The notes under the pieces are model-generated. The model was not told the origin of the DNA. It was given only the letters and a program-made list of their open reading frames with translations, and made no database searches. Source: a virus (Duplodnaviria; Caudoviricetes). Taken from it: a DNA stretch of 31,332 bases. The stretch covers positions 1-31,332 of the IMG/VR virus record IMGVR_UViG_3300032335_000220, one strand, 5' to 3'. Made by a program: the position numbers and the translations under genes. This document shows positions 24,667-31,332 of this stretch, one piece after another; position 1 is the stretch's first letter, and every line of letters begins with the position of its first letter.

Positions 24667-26382
24667 TTATAACCTCTTCATTAGTAGTTCGAATTTCTTC
24701 TTCTTTAGTTCCAGCGCGGTTAGCTCTTCGGAGTTAGCTTCAGCTTCGGCTTCTTCTTGTGGAGTTAGTCGCTGGATTACCTTTGTTAGAAGCTCGGACT
24801 GCTCTAGAGATAAGTCCTTGCCGTCTTCGATTGCCAGCATAGCGTCTGCTAGTTGGTCAGCGTCTACCTCTGCGCGTTTGGCTACTCCGTCGAATGAACG
24901 AACGGCTGCGGTTCCCGCGGTGGAACTATATGCGGGGTAGGCAACAACACTTACTTCAAAAATTCTGACAGACTTTAGAGTTCTTTCTGTTCCCTCGGCG
25001 TTCCAAGAATCTCCGCCCGCTGGAACTGAAAAGCCAAAACTCATAGCGTTTACGTCGCCGCGCTGGACTAGGGTTCGAACGTCGCGTCCTAGATTTGTGT
25101 CTGGAAGAATTGCGGTAACGCGTAGTCCATAGTTATCTTCTTCTAGCTTTAGAGTTCCAGCCCGGGTAGAACCAAGAACGCTTCCGGTGTCGTGGTTCCA
25201 TAGAAGCTTGATATCGTTGCGTGCCTTTAGTGAACGCTTGAATGCTCCCGGCGCGATACGCTCGATAAACGGAAGTGGTTCGCTAGGGGAGTTGAAGACT
25301 GCGGCGTATCCGGTGAAGGTCATACCGTCGCCACCTTCAACGGCTCTCAGTTCGAACTGGACTTCGTTAGTTCGCTTTTCAATCTTTGCCATTTGTTCGC
25401 TTTCCTGACTTATGCTTGCGCGATTTTCTTCCTCTAGTCTAGCAACGACTCCCTGCGCATATTTCATAGCGCGATTAGCTGAAGATTTGCTAGGGCCACT
25501 TCCCCAAAGAAGGTGCGCGACAACTCCCGCGCTTGGATAATTTTCTGAAGTTGGATTTGCGTCCGGAGAATCTAGGTCGCCTAAGTGTCTAGCAATCCAC
25601 GCAGCGATACGAACCCATTTGTCGGCGGTGACGTTTCCTTCTGCCATAGCGCGGGCTTCTCTAACGGTTCTATCTACAAGACCGTCCCCGGCTAGACCTT
25701 CTGCGTAGTATTCAAGTCCACGGCGAGCCGCTGCTCTCATATACGCTGGCGGGGTTAGGTCTACTGCTCGGGCTTCGGAATTTTCTTCCGCTGGTTGCCA
25801 AGCATTACAGTAGTTTCCGCCGTCTACGAATGCGTCCCAACGCTCACACCAAGCTTTATCCCCGTCGTCGTTTAGTCTGGCTTCGTTGAAGAAAAAGCAA
25901 TTTCCGCAAGCTCGACCTTCTGGAACGTCTGGAGCTAGTGCCGGACGATAGTTGTCCGGAAGGTTTTCTTCGCCTTCGTCTTCTAGTTCTTCTTCTTCTG
26001 CGTCTTCTACTTCCGCAGAAATTCTATCCGGCATTGGGATTCGCTGAAGCTTGAAGACGTTCATAATCATTAGTCGTTCGGTCGAGTGATAGGTTTCGTC
26101 TTCTAATTCGTAGACTTCTAGTCCTGCTAGTTCGCCTTCTATCAGTACGACCTGAGCAAGAACGTTCGGGTTTCTAATGTTCCAAGTTACCCAATCGCCA
26201 ATCTTTAGTTCTCCGACGGCTGCGCGCTCTCCAACAAATTCGGTTTCTTCCGCTATGGATACTGCGATAGCTTGTTCAATCGCTGATTCTTTAGTATCGT
26301 GGCAAGCTAGAACTTCCCCGGATTCTTTGATGACGCTCCAAGCTGGGCAGTCTGCGGATTTGTCGGTTATGTAATACGGCAC
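24667..26382 (-). CDS. HK97-type prohead protease fused to about 330 aa of N-terminal domains, including a HiPIP-like Cys4 module
   Basis: C-terminal GYAAVFNS, ERIAPGAF, LLWNHD, MSFGF, EVSVVAYPAY; internal CGNC..WC..GNYCNAW. Confidence 0.88.
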   Translation of the reverse strand: MPYYITDKSADCPAWSVIKESGEVLACHDTKESAIEQAIAVSIAEETEFVGERAAVGELKIGDWVTWNIRNPNVLAQVVLIEGELAGLEVYELEDETYHSTERLMIMNVFKLQRIPMPDRISAEVEDAEEEELEDEGEENLPDNYRPALAPDVPEGRACGNCFFFNEARLNDDGDKAWCERWDAFVDGGNYCNAWQPAEENSEARAVDLTPPAYMRAAARRGLEYYAEGLAGDGLVDRTVREARAMAEGNVTADKWVRIAAWIARHLGDLDSPDANPTSENYPSAGVVAHLLWGSGPSKSSANRAMKYAQGVVARLEEENRASISQESEQMAKIEKRTNEVQFELRAVEGGDGMTFTGYAAVFNSPSEPLPFIERIAPGAFKRSLKARNDIKLLWNHDTGSVLGSTRAGTLKLEEDNYGLRVTAILPDTNLGRDVRTLVQRGDVNAMSFGFSVPAGGDSWNAEGTERTLKSVRIFEVSVVAYPAYSSTAGTAAVRSFDGVAKRAEVDADQLADAMLAIEDGKDLSLEQSELLTKVIQRLTPQEEAEAEANSEELTALELKKKKFELLMKRL

Positions 26383-26654
26383 TATTGGCTCTGCCTAACT
26401 ATTAGAACGCCTAGCTGTTGATTCGCTGCGGTAGCGATAGCCCAAAGAGTATCTAAGGGTTCTAGCGTCATTGTCATTGACTCGCTTGGGTCTAGGTGAA
26501 TGCTGTTTGTTGTGCTTACGGTTTCGTTGCCTAGATGAATGTAATGGTTTCCGCTTTTGATGTGATTATGAAGATGAACTACTTGTCTTTGAGTAGCTGG
26601 CCCGACTACTTCTTGACTAGCCGTTCCAATCGTGTAGAGATTTGTCAGAATCAT
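26382..26654 (-). CDS. small beta-rich head-module protein (possible decoration/spike base)
   Basis: Between portal and protease; IHLGNETVSTTNSIHLDP...LWAIA. Confidence 0.45.
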   Translation of the reverse strand: MILTNLYTIGTASQEVVGPATQRQVVHLHNHIKSGNHYIHLGNETVSTTNSIHLDPSESMTMTLEPLDTLWAIATAANQQLGVLIVRQSQ

Positions 26655-28006
26655 TACTGAACCTCGTAAACGCCTTCAGGATTAGCCGGGTCTAGCTGGG
26701 CGACTGGCTGAAGTTGTGTGCTTGGAACTCCGGTGTGCGGGATAGCTGGAAGCCCTAGAGCTGCGAGAACTGCCTTTGGTTCGTATCCAGCGAGAACTAG
26801 CTTCTGCGCCATAGCTACCTTCTTGTCTTCGGTAGTGATTCTAGAATCGTCAATCGAAACGTTAGCTAGTGGAACGCGAACTTGGTCGGCTACTGAATCT
26901 GCCATTGGAGTTAGGTCTTCGAATCTGCGGATATCGTTCACGGTGTAATAACCCGCCTGAAGTCCGATTGAGTAAGAGTTAGCTCGGGCCTGAGAATCTC
27001 CGCGAAGAAGTCCGTCTAGGTTGAACTTTAGGAAAGCGTTCTCTCCGCCCGGGACTTCGTTTAGAAGCGGGCTGAATGCTACCTCTAGCTTGGTTACTAT
27101 TGGACGAAGCGTGTGCTGGACAAAGAAGATAGAGTCTTGTTCCACGGAAGCGTAAGCGGTTGAACCTTGAACGCCTAGCATATGGTTCGGAATATTGAAT
27201 GCGCGAGCTACGTCTTCAACCGATAGGCGACGTGAAGTTTCTAGCTGAGAGTTCTCAGGGTCTACTGCCGTTGGCTTCCATTCTGCGCCACCGGATAGAA
27301 CTCCGGTCTTGTGTGAACGCTTTAGTCCACGGTGAGCTGAATCAAATCCACGGCGAAGATTTTCGGCCTGTTCGCTGTTTAGATTTCCCGGGAAGGTAAT
27401 GATTCCCTGCGGAGTTGCGCTGTTGCTAAAGAAGCGAGCTGCGTAAGATTCCAAAGCCATAGACAAACCGAAGTTATCTTTGAGAGCTTCGACTCTAGCC
27501 ATTCCGCGAATCTCACCCGGACGAACTAGGTCAGAAATAAAGATAACGTCTTCGGAGCTAAGAAGATTTTTCTCTCCTTGAACTTCGAACATTACACGTC
27601 CGATACCGTTGCGTCTTATCTGGACTTTGTGCGGGTTTAGTGGAACTAGGTTTACAACTTGACCTCCCGAACGGAAGACGCGGATAAAAGCGTTGCCGTC
27701 GATTAGAAGCGAAACGATTACCGACTGCCAGAATGCGGAAGGCTGTTGGTCTAAGTCTGGTTTAGAAACCCAAGCTGGCTTCGGACGGAACGGGCCACGT
27801 GCGCCGTCGCGTCGAATGTAAGCGTCTAGGGGAAGAGTAGAAATTGTGTCCGAGATAAGAGATACCGCAGACCAAATCGCCGTAATCTTGAACGCGGTTT
27901 CTGAGTTGATAACCGTTCCAGACTGATTCAGGTCGGTTAGGTCTTCGCCAGCTCCCCATAGTGTTTGAAAGCTTATTGCCCTTTTCTCAAAAAGGTTATT
28001 CAACAT
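26654..28006 (-). CDS. portal protein (HK97 family)
   Basis: AVSLISDTISTLPL, LLIDGNAF, FFSNSATPQG, VARAFNIP, FNLDGLLRGD, NDIRRFEDL. Confidence 0.93.
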   Translation of the reverse strand: MLNNLFEKRAISFQTLWGAGEDLTDLNQSGTVINSETAFKITAIWSAVSLISDTISTLPLDAYIRRDGARGPFRPKPAWVSKPDLDQQPSAFWQSVIVSLLIDGNAFIRVFRSGGQVVNLVPLNPHKVQIRRNGIGRVMFEVQGEKNLLSSEDVIFISDLVRPGEIRGMARVEALKDNFGLSMALESYAARFFSNSATPQGIITFPGNLNSEQAENLRRGFDSAHRGLKRSHKTGVLSGGAEWKPTAVDPENSQLETSRRLSVEDVARAFNIPNHMLGVQGSTAYASVEQDSIFFVQHTLRPIVTKLEVAFSPLLNEVPGGENAFLKFNLDGLLRGDSQARANSYSIGLQAGYYTVNDIRRFEDLTPMADSVADQVRVPLANVSIDDSRITTEDKKVAMAQKLVLAGYEPKAVLAALGLPAIPHTGVPSTQLQPVAQLDPANPEGVYEVQ

Positions 28007-28137
28007 TAGTTACGCTCCATAGCAATTCCAAATAAGACCGCCGCTGTTCCAGCGACAATAAGAGAAACGGGAATCGAGATTAGAGCAATTCCCGCAACAA
28101 TTAGCGTGGCTCCGATTATTTGAATTACTGTTGCCAT
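28006..28137 (-). CDS. small hydrophobic protein (43 aa), not in the ORF track
   Basis: MATVIQIIGATLIVAGIALISIPVSLIVAGTAAVLFGIAMERN; TAATG overlap with portal. Confidence 0.65.
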   Translation of the reverse strand: MATVIQIIGATLIVAGIALISIPVSLIVAGTAAVLFGIAMERN

Positions 28138-28146
28138 TATTCACCC

Positions 28147-29670
28147 TTAGAAAAAGAAGTCGGGAACCATTTCTTCTATTCTACTGCTAACCGCTCTATC
28201 GAAGGCTATTACTGCGGCTACCGCTGCGTCAATCTTGCGGGGAGAATGACGGTTCTCTTTTACGATACGGATTCCCAAGTTGTCTATCTTTGTTACGGCG
28301 TTATCTAAGTGCCTTGAAAGAACTGGGCTTCCGTCGTGTTCTACGGTTCCTCCGGTAACTGCGTCATAGAATTTCGCGCAAGCTTGAACCATTCGCTTCG
28401 GTGAAGTCGAAGGCCACTCGACAATCGGAACTCCCCGGTCTGCTAGGACTTCCATAGAGCGTTGCCAGCGGAAAGGGTCGCAAGCTACTTCTCGGGTCTT
28501 CGGGTATTTCTGAATAAAGTTCATAATCGTTTCTTCGACTTCTTGAATATCTACTCGCCATAAGTCGTCGTGGATTGTTAGGTCTTTTTCCCATTCCTTG
28601 ACCAGCCAAAGGAAAGGCTTGTCTTCTTCGGTCTTTGGGATTACGCAAGCAACAAGAACGGTACAGTCCCCGGAGAATGAGCCGTCAAAGCCAAGAATAA
28701 TTTCGTCGTCCGGGCTAGGTTGCCGCTCAGATTTTAGTTCGTCCCAACTTCCAGCCGGAAGCCAAGCGGTCTGCGAACTTACCCATTGGTTCAAACGCTT
28801 AGTTCGAAACTCCGCTTCGGGTGTTCTTCTTATTGCGGATTCAAAATCCGCTTTGTCTACTAAGTCGTCAAAGCCGGGGTTGGCTTTCTCCCATACCTTC
28901 GGGTCTCGGTGGTCGGCTTCGTCCGGTGCTGCCCACCAAGCCATAAAGAAAGACGGGTCTTTTACTTCTCCGCGCGAAACCTTCTGTCCATACTGGAACA
29001 AGTTGTAAGCGATAGAGTCGCCACCAGTCATATCCTTTTTTACTCCGGCTGTTGTTACGGCGATTAGCTGAGCTAGACTTCCACGGTTTCCCATAGCCAA
29101 ACTCATAACGTCAAAGAGTGAGCGGTCTTTATGGGCGTGAAGTTCGTCCGCGATTACGCGGTGCGGGTTGTATCCTTCTTTAGAATACGCTTCTGCGGAA
29201 AGAACTCGATAGACGGAGTTAGTTTCTGGAACAAATAGTGCGTCGCGGTAGACCTTCACCATTTCAGATAGTTCGGTGGATTCAACGATTCGTTTAGCTT
29301 CACCGAATACAATTCGAGCCTGTTCTTTTTCTGCTGCGATTGAATAAACTTCTCCACCGTCTACGCCTTCAGCTAGTAGGGAATAAAGAGCGAAGCTGAT
29401 TGAAGAGAGCGCGCTTTTTCCGTTCTTTCTCGGTTGGCCTATAAGTGCTGTACGTGCCAGTAGTCCGCCGTCTTTGTCCCGGGCATAGACGTGACGGATA
29501 AGTTCTTTCTGCCAGTCGCGTAGCTTTAGAGCGTCGCCAACCTTTCCAGCGATTCCGTCTTTACCGATTGTCCCGAAGGTTTCCGAGAACTCGATTACTA
29601 TTTCTCCGTCGCCTTGTTCGATAGCTTTCTGCGGAACTGGAGTTAGCCATAGCGGGGGCCAACTATTCAC
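28147..29670 (-). CDS. terL: terminase large subunit
   Basis: Walker A PRKNGKS, Walker B IADELH, TTAG, nuclease GFDGS..D, KIDAAVA. Confidence 0.95.
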   Translation of the reverse strand: MNSWPPLWLTPVPQKAIEQGDGEIVIEFSETFGTIGKDGIAGKVGDALKLRDWQKELIRHVYARDKDGGLLARTALIGQPRKNGKSALSSISFALYSLLAEGVDGGEVYSIAAEKEQARIVFGEAKRIVESTELSEMVKVYRDALFVPETNSVYRVLSAEAYSKEGYNPHRVIADELHAHKDRSLFDVMSLAMGNRGSLAQLIAVTTAGVKKDMTGGDSIAYNLFQYGQKVSRGEVKDPSFFMAWWAAPDEADHRDPKVWEKANPGFDDLVDKADFESAIRRTPEAEFRTKRLNQWVSSQTAWLPAGSWDELKSERQPSPDDEIILGFDGSFSGDCTVLVACVIPKTEEDKPFLWLVKEWEKDLTIHDDLWRVDIQEVEETIMNFIQKYPKTREVACDPFRWQRSMEVLADRGVPIVEWPSTSPKRMVQACAKFYDAVTGGTVEHDGSPVLSRHLDNAVTKIDNLGIRIVKENRHSPRKIDAAVAAVIAFDRAVSSRIEEMVPDFFF

Positions 29671-30112
29671 GGTTAGCCTTCTTTGCCATTAGCTCTTCCA
29701 GCTTGCTCATTTTCTTTACTTCGGCTACGCCTAGCCGGGAGCGGTCGGACGGAGTGAATCCAAGAAGCCCTAAGTTCGAAACTATTTGTTTATCTAGCTC
29801 TCGAAGTCCCCGTCGGTCTTTCGGGTTATTGTCTGTCATTACACGCACTCGGAGATTCCAGCGTTCGTCGATTAGCTCGCAAGTCATAAGAAGAATTTCT
29901 AGGTCGGTGTTTGGAGATATCCAATTTATGCCAGATTGCCAAACCCTGTCCCAAAGCTCCTGCCCGTATTTGAGAAGTGGACGTGCGGGTTCTGGAGTTT
30001 CGCTTGCTTGCGGGATTAGCATTATTGCCGATTGCTCGGGCAGGGCGCGCTTGCCGGGATTGCCAGTCAATCGCTTTATCTCTGCTGGTTTAGTAGGTCG
30101 TCCCGCTGGCAT
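29663..30112 (-). CDS. terS: terminase small subunit (P27-like)
   Basis: GRPTKP...GNPGKRAL...LGFTPSDRSRL. Confidence 0.9.
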   Translation of the reverse strand: MPAGRPTKPAEIKRLTGNPGKRALPEQSAIMLIPQASETPEPARPLLKYGQELWDRVWQSGINWISPNTDLEILLMTCELIDERWNLRVRVMTDNNPKDRRGLRELDKQIVSNLGLLGFTPSDRSRLGVAEVKKMSKLEELMAKKANRE

Positions 30113-30161
30113 TATGCTTTCTCCGCAAACTTAAAAATTTTTTTAGATTTCTCCCAATCCC

Positions 30162-31262
30162 CTAAAGGGGCTTGGAAAGTAGCTTCGCTGTTCGTTCGGT
30201 CATTTTCTCCCAGCGGTCAAGAATCACGTCGCAATACTCAGGAGAGTATTCCACGCCGAAACAAGACTTGCCTTCCAGCTCTGCCGCTAACAACGTAGTT
30301 CCGGAACCCAAGAAGAAGTCCCCTACTGTTTCCAACTCAGGAATCGAACTAATGTATTTCCTTATTAGGCCTATGGGCTTTTGGGTTAGGTGTTGCCCCG
30401 TTCTATCCGGTGCCGCACTTTCAAACTCGATAGAGTCCCAACCAATAAGCTTTCTACTTGCGTTCCATACGAAGACGGGCTGCCACGTCCAGAAGAGTCC
30501 GCCTTTACCTGTGATTCCTGCGGTCATTCTCCATACCATTACTCGGTCAGCTTGCGGGGTCAAAGAGAGAACTCCCGCGATTAGATTTGGCTTTGTTGCG
30601 TTGAACATAAAGACCGGGCCGTTGGAATTGGCTATTGCGATATCTAGGTCTGTTTGGCTAAGTGGTCTATCCCATTCAACCGCAAGAACTCCGTATGGAG
30701 GGTCTTGTATAATTGCGTCTAATTTTTTTCCTTCTAATAACTTGTCGATTACGGATTGGTCGTTAGAGTCGCCGCATACCAAGCGGTGATTTCCAAGTTG
30801 CCAAACGTCCCCAAGATTCACTCGCCGTTCTAGCTTTTCAGTTTGGATTGGTTCCGCGTCGTCCGCTTTGAGATTTGATTCTTCTTGGATTTTCTCGAAT
30901 CCGAATTCCTCGATAACGAACCCAGCTTCTTCAAGTTCTAACAACTGAGCCGATAGAACTTCAGGACTCCACGCCGCTAGTTCGGCGGTTCGGTTGTCGG
31001 CTAGTGCGAATGCTTTAGTCTGCTCCGGTGTCCAGTCGCCCGGGACTCTAACGGCGTCAATCTTTGTCCAGCCCAAACGCTTCGCCGCTTCGACTGTTCC
31101 GTTCCCCGCAACGATTACGCCCGCTTCTGTTATGACGATTGGTTTGCGTTGCCCGAACTGATTCAGCGAACCTTGAATCGCTTTTAGGTTCTTTTCGTCG
31201 TGTTGCCTAGCGTTAGCCGGGTCGGGCGTTAGGTCTTTGATTTGTAGGGTTTCGATTTTCAT
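30162..31262 (-). CDS. ParB-like domain fused to an N6-A/N4-C DNA methyltransferase (beta class)
   Basis: NARQHD..FGQRKPI..AGNG..ADNR; HRLVCGDS, DPPY, HLTQKP, DFFLGSGTT. Confidence 0.88.
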   Translation of the reverse strand: MKIETLQIKDLTPDPANARQHDEKNLKAIQGSLNQFGQRKPIVITEAGVIVAGNGTVEAAKRLGWTKIDAVRVPGDWTPEQTKAFALADNRTAELAAWSPEVLSAQLLELEEAGFVIEEFGFEKIQEESNLKADDAEPIQTEKLERRVNLGDVWQLGNHRLVCGDSNDQSVIDKLLEGKKLDAIIQDPPYGVLAVEWDRPLSQTDLDIAIANSNGPVFMFNATKPNLIAGVLSLTPQADRVMVWRMTAGITGKGGLFWTWQPVFVWNASRKLIGWDSIEFESAAPDRTGQHLTQKPIGLIRKYISSIPELETVGDFFLGSGTTLLAAELEGKSCFGVEYSPEYCDVILDRWEKMTERTAKLLSKPL

Positions 31263-31332
31263 TCTTGCGCCTTTCTAGGCTTCCAGCGTAGCACCAGAAA
31301 ACCAAATAATTTCGCGGGTGTCCACGCTTAAC

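Noticed and set aside
761-30789. Many plus-strand ORFs (e.g. 761, 12056, 16979, 23573, 24464, 28598, 29703, 30172)
   Set aside because: Antisense shadows of well-supported minus-strand genes, without recognisable motifs.
30162-31262. Plasmid-prophage partition system suggested by the ParB domain
   Set aside because: No ParA is present, and ParB-methyltransferase fusions next to terminase genes are common in phages.
1-31332. TAG stop-codon reassignment suggested by abundant CTAG
   Set aside because: Core genes are full length under the standard code, several end in TAG, and I saw no suppressor tRNA.

Overview
This window looks like a complete or near-complete ~31.3 kb genome of a tailed dsDNA phage (siphovirus, HK97-fold capsid). 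The host is probably actinobacterial, possibly a freshwater Microbacteriaceae type; this is inferred from WhiB, the M23 endolysin, an Mre11-like phosphoesterase, a near-consensus actinobacterial LexA box and leaderless genes. Almost all genes are on the minus strand. Right to left: ParB-methyltransferase, terS, terL, portal, multi-domain prohead-protease polyprotein, major capsid, two glycosyltransferases plus a cytidylyltransferase, neck and tail genes, three paralogous tail-tip genes, lysis cassette, whiB (the only plus-strand gene called), recombination/replication genes, an early region of small genes, a Mom-like modifier, a zinc ribbon and an HNH. I found no integrase, repressor, polymerase, tRNA or CRISPR. 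Best candidates for new biology: (1) a protease polyprotein with a HiPIP-like [4Fe-4S] module and other cargo domains separated by apparent cleavage sites shared with the capsid protein; (2) a virion-glycosylation cassette that includes a CDP-polyol-type cytidylyltransferase; (3) a twin-hairpin RNA leader on the capsid mRNA; (4) an intact HNH gene with no canonical start codon; (5) an early promoter combining phased A-tracts, a response-regulator-type repeat and a LexA-like box. All calls come from reading motifs by eye; no searches were run.
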